Source: Dipteris shenzhenensis
Taxonomy: Eukaryota
DNA: 64,000 bases
Reading direction: 5' to 3' (one strand)
Assembly: GCA_047967505.1 (NCBI GenBank)
Contig: CM106538.1
In this document: piece by piece, positions 12,062 to 26,039 of the stretch
Position numbering within the stretch: the first letter of the stretch is position 1
Layout: each line of letters starts with the position of its first letter
Program-made: the position numbers and the translations under genes
Notes under the pieces: model-generated
What the model saw: only the letters and a program-made list of their open reading frames with translations
The model's database searches: none
What the model was told of the DNA's origin: nothing

Positions 12062-15000
12062 TGTTGAGATATCGAGCTCCACTCGCGATATGCCAGGGTG
12101 ACCGTTGTGTATTTATGTCACCGATTTGTTAGCTGGAGATGCGGTTGGTACACCGCCCACGAATAATAGCTGGATGACAGCTATCCTTATCTACACTAGT
12201 TGTGGCTCAGTTAGTATGCCACCTTAGTTAGTTGAGTTTGGTTTGAGACCCACATATAGGGTTCTTCTATTTCTTTTGTACTAGAGTTCTTTTGGCTTTC
12301 ACAACTAAGAAGAGGAAAACTGTTTTCAGCCTCCACCTTTGTGTGTATTCCCCCATTGTGCATGTGAGAAAGCCGCAAGTGAGACTCCTTCCCTCTCTCC
12401 CACAATCTTCACATGGTATCAGAGCCTTGTTCGTGGTAAGGAGCTCAAGAAAGCAAGCCAAGTTCATGGTGTCATGGTAAGAGGACCAGTGTTGCTTTCC
12501 TATTTCGAGTTTGGGAGCAAATCTCTGCAGGTAGCACAGCCAGAAGTGCAAGAGTGCACTGTCTCAGATTGAGATGCCCTTCGCGGTGTGGCGAGAGTGC
12601 AGTATATGCTGCCCTCAGTGACTTTATTTTTTTGATTTGAGGCCATTTCGGGGCCCATTTTGGAGGCGGAAGTTCTCCACAGGCACTCAGAAAAAGGCCC
12701 TGTTTTTGCTGTGCGACCACTGTTCTGCGGGTCGGTGAAAAGTTGCCACAGAAATTGCATCGTATGCCTGTGTGGAGAGATATTGGGAGTTGCAGATTCA
12801 TGCTTGTTGCCTGTTGATGCAAAATCGTCACTAGGAAGTGACTGTGTGGTGAAATACCACTTTCGTCAGTTTTGCAGATCTTCCCGTGTGAGGCAAAAAC
12901 TGTGTTCTTTGCAGTGACAGAATATTTTGCAGTGTTCTGTAATGGCATCTGATTCTCTTTCGCAGATTGTCACTGAAAAGCTTGACAAGAACAACTTCCA
13001 GGCATGGAAGTTCAGAATGACGAATTTCTTGATGGGAAAAGGCTATTGGGAGTTCATTACAGGAAATGAAGAAGAACCTGTTCTTCCTAATGTTCCTAGT
13101 CAACAGGAAATGCAGGCATTTAAAGGATGGCATGAGAGAGCCAGGAAAGTTATGTACTGGCTGTCTATCATTATTTCGGACTCCATGATTATGCATATTC
13201 AGGATGCAAGTACGCCAAAGGAGGCATGGGATACTTTGGCAAAAACGTACAGCACAAATACGCAAGCCAGGAAAATGCAACTCAAACAGGAGTTGCACAA
13301 TGTGCAGAGAGAAAACATGAGCATCAATGACTACCACATGAAGGTGAAGAAAATTACAGATGCACTTGCTTCCATTGGGTCGCCAATGGATGATGACGAT
13401 TTGGTTTCTGTGACCTTGAATGGTCTAGGAAAGGATTATGCACAGTTCTGGACATCCATTGCCGTCCGTGAAAAATTTCCTGATTTTGAGGAGTTGATTG
13501 CTCTTCTAATTTCTGAAGAGCAGAGAAATGGGGTGCATCTTCTTCAGTAGGAACTTCAAAAGAAACTGTCTTCTACTCAAATGCTGGCAGAGGTAGAGGC
13601 AGAGGTAGAGGAGGCCGATCTGCAGGCCGTGGTAGAAATCAGAATATGCAGCAAACGCAAGAAAACCAGTCCTATGCAGGAGGACGTGGTAACTCTAGAG
13701 GCAGGGGGAGCCAAAGAGGCCGTGGTGGATTGCAGAGAGGCCAAAATGCAAACAGCAATGTTGAATGCTACTATTGTGGCAAAATGGGTCATATGGCTAA
13801 GGACTGCTACAAAAAGCAGAATGACATTATGAATGGAAAATTGCAGCAAGGCAATTATGCATCCTCTAGTAGACAGGGTGATGACAGAAATGAGCATTTG
13901 TTTATGGTGCAGCATATGACAAATTCTGTGACAAGTGTAGAAGAAAGCAATAATGTGTGGTATGTTGACTCAGGTGCATCAAACCACATGACAAGTCATG
14001 CTGAATGGATGCAGGATGCAAGGAAAATGGAAAAACCAGGATTTGTGGAGACTGGTGATGATACTGCACATCCTATTGTGCAGATTGGCAAAATTTCTTT
14101 GTCTATGCAGGATGGGAAAAAGAAATACTTGTCTGATGTATTTCATGTCCCGAACATCACCAAGAACCTGGTTTCTGTTGGTCAGATGGTTGAGCAGGGC
14201 TTGCAGGTCAGATTTAATCCTCATGGATGCTTTGTTGAGGATATGAAAAATAATGGTCGCTTGATAGCAAAAGGAAAAAAGAAGGGCAGGATGTTTACGT
14301 TGGATGCGGACATGCCTGAATTGAGTGCAGCAATGTTTGCACATGGGACCGGTGTAGTTGCAGATATTGATATCTGGCACAAACGCATTGGTCATGTTAA
14401 TGTACAGCGACTTAAATCAATGCAAGCCCAAAATATTGTTGCAAGATTGCCTAAATTCAAGGTTGCAGAAATGCACAAGGTTTGTGAAGCCTGTCAATTT
14501 GGGAAATAGGCAAGGAAACCTTTTCCTAGGCATGTTTAAGAGAGTAAAAAGCCATTGGAATTAATCCACTCTGATGTGTGGACTACAAAAGCTGCATCTA
14601 TTGGAGGCTGTCACTATTTTGTCACATTTATTGATGACTTCAGCAGAAAACTGTGGGTGTATTTTATGAAAAAGAAAAGTGAAGTGTTTGGGCACTTCAA
14701 AGCTTTCAAAGCTATGGTTGAAAAAGAAAAAGGCCTGCAAATAAAATGCCTAAGGTCAGATGGAGGGGGAGAGTACCTCTCAAATGAGTTTGCAAGGTTC
14801 TTGCAGGAGCATGGTATAAAGCAGTAATATTCATGCAGTCATACCCCACAGCAAAATGGAATTGCAAAAAGGAAAAACAGGCATATTGGAGAGGTATCTC
14901 GGGCTATGCTAAATGAAAAAGATCTACCAGATTATTATTGGGCTGAAGCAGTTGCTACAGCAGTTTATATAATGAACAGGACTCCCACTGCAGCAATACA

Positions 15001-17590
15001 TGGCATGATGCCAGAGGAGCTGTATACTGGTAGGAAACTAGATATTTCTCATTTGAAAATTTTTGGTTGCATTGCCTATGTCCATGTGCCAGATGAGTTG
15101 AGGTCCAAGTTGGATCCAAAAACTGAGAAGTGCGTCTTTATTGGTTATTCTCTTCTCTGCAGCAAAAAGGTTATAGATGCTATAACCCTTCTACACGAAA
15201 GTTTACAGTGAGCAGAGATGTTGTTTTTGATGAGATGAGCAGCTGGTATAAACCAGTAAATGTGATGATTGATGTAGATGCACAAAATGGTAATGCTGCA
15301 CAAAATTCACAGCAACAATCACAAAATATCAGCGGACTTGCAGTGTCGTCTAGCAGTGGTTCACATACTTCGCCATGGACAGGCAGATTGAGATCAGGAG
15401 AATCCCCTCAAAGCAATGTAGAGAGTGGTACGCAGGTATCACGAAAAGGAAAAGAGAAGGTAGATCAGCCCATGTTTGATGTGAATGCAGGTCACTCTTG
15501 TGTGGATGGTGAATCCAGTGGCTTAGAACAGAGCATTGATGATGAGTTGGGTATTCCTTCTGTTGTTACACCTAGAGTAAGGAAGACCAGGGATGTTTTG
15601 AGAGCACTTGGAAGTGAGCCTATTTTGCGCAGGTCTACCAGGGTCAGGTATCCTGTGGATAGGCTGAAATATGATGGATTTACAGCCATTCACTATGCCT
15701 ATATGGTCAAAGTGATACAGGAACCAGAACCCACTTCTTTTGAGCAAGCCATGGGAAATGAAAAATGGAAGAAAGCCATGGATGAAGAAATGGATGCCTT
15801 GGATGCTAATGTGACATGGGAATTGGTGCCTTTGCCTAAAGGCAAGAATGCAATTGGCTATAAGTGGGTTTATAAGATCAAGCACAATGTAGATGGTTAT
15901 GTGAATAGATACAAGGCAAGATTAGTTGTTAAGGGGTATGCACAGACATATGGCATTGATTATGAAGAAACTTTCAGCCCGGTTGCAAGGATGGCAACCG
16001 TAAGAGCAGCCATTGCTATGGCTGCATCAAAGGGATGGTCTTTACATCAGATGGATGTAAAGAATGTCTTCTTGCATGGTGATTTGCAAGAAGAGGTCTT
16101 TATGGAGCAGCCAGTAGGTTATGTTCATGCTATTCATCCTGAGTTTGTTTCCAGGTTGAAGAAAGCCTTGCATGGCTTGAAGCAAGCACCTAGAGCATGG
16201 TCTGACAAGATAGGACAGTATCTTGTCACTATTGGCTTTCAGATTTCCAAGGCAGATTTCTCACTCTATGTGAGAAAAACAGAGAAAGGAATTATGCTGC
16301 TTGTCATTTATGTTGATGATTTGATCATCACAGGTGATAGTGATGAAGATATCCTTCATGTGAAAATGCTATTGAGGCAGAAGTTTGAGATGAAGGATCT
16401 GGGAGAGCTATGTTATTTCTTGGGCATTGAGGTGATTAGATCACCAAGTGGGATACAGCTCTTGCAGAGGCAGTATGGATTGGACATGCTGTCCAAATAT
16501 GGGATGACAGGCTGTAAGCCTATTTCAGCTCCTTTGGAGCAGAATGTGAAGCTGAGTGCAAATGCAGGTGAGCTTCTGGAAGACCCTACTATGTACAGAT
16601 GCATAGTAGGAAGTTTAATTTACATGACTATTACCAGGCCAGATTTGAGCTATGTTGTTGGGTGGTAAGTCAGTTTATGCAGGCTCCAAGGAAACCGCAT
16701 TTGGATGCGGCTAGACGCATACTCAGGTATGTGAAGTCCACATTGCAGTATGGACTATTTTATGAGGCTGGGATCCAGATATAGTTGCATGGATACACTG
16801 ATGCTGTCGGCTGGTAGTATTTCTGATAGACGATCTACCAGTGGATATGTGTTCTCTTTTGGGAGTGCTGCAGTCACTTGGAGCAGCAAGAAACAGCCTA
16901 CAGTTGCCTTGTCGAGCACAGAGGCTGAGTACAGAGGTGCAGCAATGGCTGCATGTGAGGTAGCTTGGTTGCATAAGCTACTCTATGATATGCATCAGTC
17001 TACAGATGGGCCAGTTGTCATTTATTGTGACAACATGAGTAGCATACACTTGGCAACAAAGAACCCAGTCTTTCATGCTAGAACAAAGCACATTGAGGTG
17101 CATTATCACTATGTGCAGGAGAAGGTTTTACTAGGTCTTATTGATCTAGTTTATGTCAGCACAGAGGATCAGGTAGCTGACATATTCACAAAAGCATTGG
17201 GTGCAGAGAAGCTGCGCAAGTTCAGAGACTTGCTTGGTGTGCAGGAATTGGGATTGAGCTCGAGGGGGAGTGTTGAGATATCGAGCTCCACTCGCGATAT
17301 GCCAGGGTGACCGTTGTGTATTTATGTCACCGATTTGTTAGCTGGAGATGCGGTTGGTACACCGCCCACGAATAATAGCTAGATGACAGCTATCCTTATC
17401 TACTCTAGTTGTGGCTCAGTTAGTATGCCACCTTAGTTAGTTGAGTTTGGTTTGAGACTAGAGTTCTTTTGGCTTTCACAACTAAGAAGAGGAAAACTGT
17501 TTTCAGCCTCCACCTTTGTGTGTATTCCCCCATTGTGCATGTGAGAAAGCCGCAAGTGAGACTCCTTCCCTCTCTCCCACAATCTTCACA
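12062..17590 (+). mobile_element. Ty1/copia family B, full-length copy 2
   Basis: 5' LTR 12062-12413, PBS TGGTATCAGAGCC 12414-12426, PPT before the 3' LTR 17271-17590. The 5-bp TSD AGTGC lies at 12057-12061 and 17591-17595. The empty site matches copia A copy 1 (gatagtgctggcaatc at ~1241). Confidence 0.98.
12942..17310 (+). pseudogene. Copia B gag-pol polyprotein (Gag, CCHC, protease, integrase, RT, RNase H), disrupted
   Basis: Motifs in copia order: CYYCGKMGHMAKDC, WYVDSGASNHMT, ELIHSDVW, LRSDGGGEY, YVDDLII, SSTEAEY. Several stops and frameshifts. Confidence 0.95.
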
Positions 17591-19229
17591 AGTGCTGGCA
17601 ATCTTGTTGGCATAGGAGTAAGGAGGAACAACCTGTATGAGCTAAGTGCTCTTACAGCCACCGCTAGAGTGGGCACAAGCAGACTTTGGCATGAAGATTT
17701 GGCCACATCAAATTTGTAGTGCTGAAGGAGTTGCAAAAGCAAGGTATGGTTACTCACTTACTTGCAGTAACAAAAATCAAAGAACCGTGTGAACCTTGCA
17801 TGATGGGCAAGTAACAGAGAAAGGCATTCCCACAAGAAAGCAAGAATAGAGAAAATGCTCCTCTAGAGTTGGTGCATGTTGACTTGTGCGGTAAGATGTT
17901 GTGCGGTAAGATGCCTACACAGGCCTTGGGGGATCTTCCTATTTTTTATTGATTGTCGATGACTATAGTAGGAAGGTGTGGGTGTACTTTCTTTGCAAAA
18001 AGGCTCAAGCTTTTGGTAAATTGAAAGAATTGCTACAGATGGGTAAGGTAAATATCAGATGATGAAAGTATAAGTCACCAACCTATTGTTACACCACCGG
18101 AAAAGCCATTGCCATGATGGGTAAGGCAACTCTATGACCATGATAATCAAATGCCCATGTCTATTGAGTAGCATGTAGATGGACCAAGGCAGTCTCAGAG
18201 AATCGAGGAGCAAAGGAGGGCTTATGCTCATATAGTCAATATGGCCTTGGTGGCTGAGATTATTGCAAAAGTAAAGGAGCCTGCGAGTTTGGAGGAAGCA
18301 CTTGCAGACTGAGATTGAAAAAAAGCTATGCAAGTAGAATATGATAGCATCATGAAGAATGAAACTTGGGAACTGGTAGATCGACCACCTAATAGAAAGG
18401 TTAACAGCACCAAGTGGGTTTGGAAGGTAAAGTACAAGGCCAATGGGAATTTGGAAAAGTACGAATCTAGATTGGTTGCACAAGGATTTTCGTAGGTTGA
18501 AGGGTTTAATTTTAAAGAATCTTTCACTCCGACTGCCACTAGAATGACCACTATTCGCACAGTACTATCAGTGGCTGCTCATAAAAAGTGGCAAGTTTAT
18601 CAATTAATCAGCATTCTTGAATGGTTTTTTTATGTCTCAGATTTCCAGCACACAGGTTCTCGAGGTTTTTCTAGATGTTTGGTAGATTATCAGCTTCTTT
18701 GTCACATAAATTAATTTGAACATATCAGGATTTTGTCAATAGAGGGTAGTAGTGGAAAAGGTCAGGGAACATACTCTGAACAATATGGGAGGAGAATCAT
18801 ATCAACCATGTTCAAATTACAAAAATGAAACCAAGAAGCCTACAAATAAGGAGAAAGCACAAAAACAATAGGTAGAGCTTTCATACTCTTCTCTTTTGTG
18901 ATTGTTTCTCATGTATTGTTAAGTTCCTTTAAAGAAAGAAAAGGAAATGAAAGGAGGAGAGAAACTTTCGAGAAAGGAAGGGACAGTGAAAGTAGAGGAA
19001 GGGAAACAAGAGGAGAGGTAAAAACAAAGTCAAAGAAACAAAAAAACTTGAAATAGAAGGGGAAGAGAGGAATTCTTACTTTGAGATGGAAAGGGAGTTG
19101 CAACAATTCTTGTAGGTGCAAAGGGAAAATGTAGGAGAGGATGGAGAGGTGGTAGGAGGAGGGAGGAGGCAGGAGTGAGGAGGCAAGGGTTGCAGGTAAT
19201 CACGAGCTGAAAGCGAAGCGAGGGAGTAG

Positions 19230-22200
19230 AACACAAGAAAAATCAAATGGTATCATGGGACGAACAGCTCAAGCTTTTGGTTCCCAGAATTCGTCAGTTC
19301 GGACGTCGGTATGATTGTGGGTGTATAAAAATAGAGCATCGTATGGACGTCGGTATGGTCATCAATATATACCCATGCCCATACCAATAACATATGGTTT
19401 TTTGAGGGTTTATAGTTTAGGGGTTTGGGTGAATTTTGGGGGTGAGTGGGTGTTTGAAGGTATTTAGGGGGGATTTAGGCCCTGGGGTGTTTGGTGGAAG
19501 AGAGGGGATTAGGGGGATTTGGTTGTTTGGGTGTTTGACTTGACTTGGGGGGATGACTATGGATGTGTGTAGGTGGAGAGGATGAGTAGTGATAGCTCAT
19601 CGAACAGGGGGCCACCTCTCGAGAGTTTGGAGTGGCTTCGTGAGAGATTGCCTTGTCCTTGCACACATTGCAGGAAAGGGTTTTGTCATCAGCATCGTAT
19701 TGCCATGTGCCACTTGCAGATGTATGGAGAGGCACCACCAGAAGATGATATTGGTCGACATGCTACTGCACCATCGATAAACCAATGATATTTGAATGAT
19801 TCATGGATATTTATATTGTTGTCCTTGTTGCACACAATAACCTTATGTCATTATATTATACAAGATGAGGAGAGCAGTGGGGGAGCAAGTGCATCACCAC
19901 CACAACTCAATCAAGATGATCTTGAGGATGATCCTCTAGAGGAGGACCTGGGTATGGCGAACATGATGGATTCTTTTTTAGAAGGTACCACAAGAGATGG
20001 GGGTGAGATGTCTGAGCATGAAATCGTGATGGCATCAACACTGTTATATGATGGTGTGAGGATGTCAAAACTATGAGCTTACCTCTCAATCTTGAATTTG
20101 CAAGCAAAGTATGGATGGTTAGACACAAGTGTCTCAGCCTTGATGAGGTTTGGAGCCTTGATCTTAGTATCTCATTCCTAATTGCTTTGATTAGTTAGTA
20201 TCTCATTCACAAGTTTCTTGGATATGCAAATTATAGTAGGTTGCTCCAGAAAATGTTCCCTATCCCAAATACCATGCCCAATTCCAGAGATGAAGCCAAG
20301 AAGATGTTGATGATGGTTGGGATGTATTATGACACCATACACACTTGCCCTAATGATTGTATTTTGTTTTGTCACGAGTATGGCGATTTGGTTAATTTCC
20401 CAGAGTGTGGAGCACATTGCTATAGATAGGACTTGCTAGGGGAGAGGATCCCAGTGAAGGTCCTAAGACATTCTCCCATCATCCCTAGAATACAGCACAT
20501 GTTCAAATGCAACTTCATCGTGCAACTGATGATGATGTGGCATGCTACACACCTGTCCACCGATGACACTTTGAGGATCCAAGCAGATTGTGCTGCTTGG
20601 AAGCACATAGACAACATGTGGTCGGACTTTGTAAGGGAGCCACACAATTTACATCTTGGGCTTGCAATGGATGGTGTGAACCCTTTCAGGTTATGCCCCA
20701 CATATTGGTTGAGATGGCCATAGTCTTGGTGAACTACAATATTCCACCATGGCTAACAATAAAGAAGGGACACCTCATGCTTGCCCTACTTGTGCCTAGG
20801 AAGTACAAGGCCAAAAATATGGATGTGTACATGGCACATAGTTTCTTGCATCCATGGATCTTGATATGCCAGATGCTTGGAACATCCATAGATCCCGATA
20901 TGCCACATTGCTTGGAACATCAAGGACGATGATCGTGTAATTGTAGAGGTTCCCCAAGGTAAAGGGGTTGAAAGAAAGATGAGCAAAGAGCAAAGAGAGA
21001 AATTCAATAAGTTTTGTGTCCTCAATAGTCCCGAGATGAAAATAAGGGCGGAGAGATATAAAGAGGCCAAAACAAAAAGAATAAATGAGAGGGTGAGATT
21101 TAGAGTCATGCATAGGGGCAAGGTGCCATATCCACCAGACAGACCTTGCTCTTCTCCCTAGACACATGTCCAATGATTGGCTACAAGAAGCTCTTCGTCA
21201 CGTGAACTCGAACATGATGGAGATGACGTAACCAATCGAGAGAGGGAGCTTGCAATCGGATGTATGCCACATGTAAGATTTTAACCTTTCTACTTAATTT
21301 GGGTATTTATGATCACAATAATTACAAAATGCATCCTCATTGTTTTAATAATGTTCTTTTGTAGTACAAAAAGTATAGTGCATTGTGGTCACATGGACGG
21401 CATTTTTGTGTGGAACACATTGATTCAAGGAGAGTCACATATGATTGTGGAGTCATGGCTAAATTTGTACAAGATAGCCGAGCAAGTGCTTTTGATACCA
21501 ATCTTCTCTCCTCGCAATTAGATTATTGTGGGACCATATGTGATATCTATGAAGTTGATTTTAGAAGATTTAATATTTTCATTCTTGATGTCAAATGGTT
21601 TAGAACTATCTACAATGGTCCCAATGCTACCGTCAGGAGAGACAGCTATGGTTTCTTTGCCATTGACTCCACCAGACCCTGCCGATGAAAGTGATACCTT
21701 TGTTCTTTTAGATCATTGTGAATAGGTACATAGTAAATGAATTGATTAAAAGCTAATATCTTCATTTTCAAACAAATATTGGTAGATGCTCATATATATT
21801 TATTTTTTTTAATACTTGAGCATAAATGAATATAATTACTAGCACCTAATTTGTATCTTCAACATAGGTGGTCTTTCATCTGGATCGTTTGGATCCAAGA
21901 TGGTGGTACGTGGTCTAAGTTGCTCCTCCAAGCAAACATATTTTGTAGATAGGAATGTGGATACGGAGATGCTAGTAGAAGATCCAAATAATGATGCCGA
22001 TGAATCTAGGGAAGAGGATGAAGATGACGATATGGGCCATGAAGAAGGTGACAATAATGACACTGTAGGGAAAATTGTACCCAGGCGTCGATGAAAGGGT
22101 TGGTAGTAGTCGGTATATATGTGGGTTTAGGGGTCAGTATATACCGATAGCTATACCAATGACCATACCCACGGCTATTTTGACATCTACACTGACACCT

Positions 22201-22291
22201 TCCTCGCCCGTCCACCATACCGATGATCTTCATGCCCATGCCCACAAAGTGTCAAAAGACAACATCAAAAAGAGGCTCATGTCTTGTAGTG
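19230..22291 (+). mobile_element. CACTA/En-Spm element, internally deleted Tnp2/Transposase_21-type transposase (left end uncertain)
   Basis: Motifs CPCTHC, HTCPNDCILF...PECGAHCY, LGLAMDGVNPF and VLVNYNIPPWL. The right end ...GTCTTGTAGTG (22281-22291) is the reverse complement of CACTACAAGAC. Subterminal GTCGGTATG/CATACCGA repeats occur near both ends. Confidence 0.88.
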
Positions 22292-23089
22292 ATTTAGTCT
22301 ATGCCAACATCTGCAAGTCAAACTTCATAAACAGTAGAAAGTAATAAGCGAAAACTACTTCCGTCAAGACTTTACCCTCTAGTTCAGGTGTGTTTGAGTC
22401 CTCATTGTGGGGAAACTGAAGTCACAAGCTAGGCGATAGCACAGTAGTAGAGACGATGAATATAGAAGACTAAAGCTCTTCAGCTTGCAGGATACCTGGA
22501 ACAAATAGTTGACAACACGATCACGAGGGAATGGAATTTTGGATTTTGAATCTAAGAACTACCCTAAACGTCTCATCTGTCTTTCAGTTACTTGGTAGTG
22601 GTGCACATAATTATGCAACAAACTCTCTATATTTTATTGAAAAATATAACAACCACTTTTGTTTTTTCTTCAACTAAGTACTATGTATTTTGCTATATTT
22701 TCATGCTATATAGTGGGAAAAGCATTCCACATTACCTTGCTTTCACCCATGATTTTATTAACATTTAAATAGGTCACTAATCCCTCACCCTAATACAATT
22801 ATGTCTCTTGGGAAATAGTTTTATCAATCCAACATTAACATTAGATGAGAGAAATACCCTCTGCACATCCATATTTACCATTTCTCTATAATCTTTCTTA
22901 ATTAACTGCCAAAAGGCCGCAAAGAATTCAAATGTAAGACCAGCCTGGTGCTTTATCAGCACCAAGGGCATCGAGTGCATCTCAAAATCCCACTCAACAC
23001 ACTATTCAAAATTTTTGGACTTGTGTAAAGCCCAATTTGAGAAATGGACTAAAAAACAGTCCAAAAATTTTGAATATACTAGTAATGTT

Positions 23090-23620
23090 GTTTTTTAACT
23101 AGATTTGCCAGCTCAAAACAAAAGATTTAATGATTTTTAACTCGATTTGCCAACTCAAAACAAAAGATTTAATGATTTTGAACTAGATTTGCCAACTCAA
23201 AACAAAAGATTTAATGATTAAGTACTAAGAACATCAATGCATAACCAAATCTCTTACAAAGGTGGTCTACATAAACATCTTCATAACTTCACAAAAATCT
23301 CTTACAAAGTGGTCTACATAAACATCTTCATAACTTCTTGTGAATTGAGCAACTATCACCTAAGAACATCAATACATGACCAATAATAGATGACCAATTC
23401 TCTTACAAAGTGGTCTACATAAACATCTTCATAATCACCTAAGAACATCAATAGATGACCAATTCTCTTGGAAAGGTGGTGTAAATAAACACCTTTATGT
23501 ATAAGTGGTGTGCACACACCTTTATGACCATTTCTTTTAGAAAGGTGGTGTACATAAAGCCCTTAGAAAGGTAGTGTAGATAAATCCTTTTATGTGTAAG
23601 TAGTGTACATATACACCACA
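23090..23620. repeat. Tandem repeats 3' of the ParB-like gene (~43-bp unit x3, then ~50-bp TCTTACAAAGTGGTCTACATAAACATC units)
   Basis: aactagatttgccaactcaaaacaaaagatttaatgatt at ~23097, ~23139 and ~23182. tcttacaaag(g)tggtctacataaacatcttcataa at ~23252, ~23300 and ~23401. Confidence 0.85.
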
Positions 23621-23829
23621 CTTGGTATTAAAAAACACCGTTAAGTATAAAATGGCCCTCATAAACAATCTTTATACACAATAATGAGAGCAAAGAAATC
23701 AAAAAAGTAGTAAACTTTTTATTAGATATTAGCTTTACATAGAAGTTCAAAACTTGTGATTACAAAGCCGTCAGCCAACATGTTACTCAGTACCAATGTC
23801 CTCAATGCCAGGCCCTTGACTACCAAGGT

Positions 23830-24920
23830 CCTAACTAATAGGCTGCTCTAAGACTGAAGGCTCAGTAGCAAGGTCCTTACTAGTTTGCTCTTCAGTTCCA
23901 AGCACCTGACTAGTAGGCTGCTCTAGAGTCTCATGACCAAGTTCTTGGTAAGTAGGGACCTGGCTACTAGGTTCCTGACTAGTAGGCTGCTCTGGAGTCT
24001 GTAAGGTCATGGTTGAAGAACCATCTATGCCTCCTGGTAACTCCTCCTGGTCATGCTTTGCCTCTTCCATACCTTCTTTGAGTAAGGCTTCCTTGCTTGA
24101 TCCACTTGCCTGTCCTTCACCCAAGATCAATCCACTTGCGTGTCCTTCATCCAAGATCCAAGGGTGCCTTCCTCACTTTTAATTTTAAGGGAAGTGCTTC
24201 CACCTCTTTAGCCTTACCTTTACCTGTGACGTGCTGTACTACTGTAACTTCTTGCTGCCACGAACCTTCCCGTATGATGAGTGGAACCTCCTTGACTCTA
24301 GTTGACAATTGATCACCCTTATTCTTGAAGCTCTAGAGTCCTTAAAGGAGTTTGGATTAGATTACCACCACCCCTCGATAAGAAGCACATTAAGAAAGGC
24401 TGCAAGACTTGAATGGCAGTGCCTTCCAAGACAGTCATATGATTACGCAAGACTATACCATGGTATACTTTTGAAAGTAAATACCCAAATGAAGATGTCA
24501 AACTCGCATATAGGGCATCCCTTTGTGATTCTGTCACGAACAGGACCAACGTTGATCTTTTCTTATCTACCATAGGACCTTCAACAATAAACCGCACAAG
24601 TTCAACTATCCGTGACACTGCAAGGTCTTGCAATTCATCTATGAAAAATACGCATGGCTTCTCCCAAGCATGACCGCTCATTGTTATGAAATGCTCCGTA
24701 TCAATGCCATTGATGTGTGCAAATTTTGTATCATTCTCTGATAGCAGGATATCATAAGAGAAGCTGAATGGAGAACCATCATCTAAACCACCAATTGCTC
24801 TACCTTGGGTACTGGACTGCAAGGTCTTTTTCTTAATGTCCATATATTGTGTCTCAACAACCTTTGGCATTTTAGCTCTTAGATCCTTTGTTGGTGTGGC
24901 ATCTGCATCCATTGAAGCCA
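23830..24920 (-). pseudogene. C-terminal part of the ParB-like gene, continuing in frame across the gypsy insertion
   Basis: Removing the gypsy element and one TSD joins KTWARKW (36674) to LASMDADATPTK (24921) in frame. A further 200 aa follow, then frameshifted pieces lead to an acidic repeat tail at ~23831. Confidence 0.85.
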
Positions 24921-24925
24921 ACCAC

Positions 24926-26039
24926 TGTTGGCTCTTTCCTACCGCTTTCGTAGGAAGAGCTGGGTGTTCTATGTTGCAGGGTTCCGAGGCTTTTTGTCAC
25001 CTACAGATATATTAGGATTGTCGTTGTAGTATATATGTAGCTTAGGACCTCGAGTCATGTTCCGTTGAGAGACTTAGGCTTAAGTGTGGTGAGTAAACAT
25101 AATGCAAGCATGTGTAGAAGGCACGTAAACCATTGTTGTTGGGGTAATGAAGGCTTTCGCCTTCATTGGGGGTTGTAAGGTTTAGGAGGAGTTTAAGGGT
25201 TCAGAAGGAGGTTCCAGGGTTTAGAAAGAGTTCAGGGTTAGAAAGAGTTCCAGGGTTCAGAAGGAGGTTCCAAGGTTTAGAAAGAGTTCAGGGTTAGAAA
25301 GAGTTCCAGGGTTCAGAAGGAGGTTCCAAGGTTTAGAGTAGAGTACATGGTGGAGAACTCGTCTCCCTCGTAGATCATTGAGTTTAAGGGTTTAGGAAAG
25401 TATAGGAGTGGGAGAGGAAGAAGGTGTAAGAGCATGGGTGAAGTAAGAGGGAGAGGAGGAAGGAGGAGGAGGGAAGAGGAGGAGGGAGAGGGAGGAGAGA
25501 GGAGGAGGAGGAGGAGGGAGGAGGAGGGAGGAGGAGGAGGAGGAGGAGGAGGAGGAGGAGGAGGGAGAAGGGAGGAGGAGAGGGAGAGGATGGGTTGCAG
25601 GGTTGGAGGAGAGGGAAGAAGGGTTGCAAGGTTAGGACATGCTTTTGGACGTGCAGTGCAAGGAAGCATGGACACTTGAGACAAATGCTTGGAATACCAA
25701 TGTAGACTCAACACAATGCCCCAAGAGTGTGGGCTTCATTCCATTATGGGGTATTTATACAAGTTGGAGAGCTTCCCTCTCTGCATGTAACACAAAGTCG
25801 TATCACAAAGTTGTAACACAAAGTTGTGTCACAAAGTCGTAACACATTCTCTCTAGAAGATGTAACACAAAGTTGTTACACAAAGTTGTTACACAAAGTT
25901 GTAACATAAACTTGTAACACAAACTTGCAACACAAAGTTGTTACACAAAGTCGTAACATAAAGTTGTGTCTAGAAGTTGTAACACAAAGTTGTAACACCT
26001 TCTCTTTCTTCATAAGTTCATGTTGGCACAGAGTCAACA
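24926..26039 (-). repeat. 3' LTR of gypsy-like element (1114 bp)
   Basis: Near-identical to 35546-36672. Contains ~55-bp GGGTTTAGAAAGAG repeats, (GGA)n and 13-bp ACACAAAGTTGTT repeats. A PPT-like CCGGGGGTA is adjacent at 26040-26048. Confidence 0.97.

Larger units (their letters stand above)
10285..18620 (+). mobile_element. Ty1/copia family A, copy 2 (5' LTR, PBS, degenerate gag-pol), interrupted by copia B and truncated in RT
   Basis: TG...AACA LTR is followed by a PBS. Gag and protease are homologous to 1-1250 and resume at 17596 exactly in register. An internal deletion near 18040 jumps to the RT start (EPASLEEA, NETWELV, KWVWKVK, RLVAQGF). No 3' LTR. Confidence 0.9.

Noticed and set aside
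25313-25714. Poly-Pro/poly-Gly ORFs here and at 35933-36334 and 33717-35027
   Set aside because: They come from (GGA)n and G-rich tracts inside the LTRs and leader, with no domain signal.
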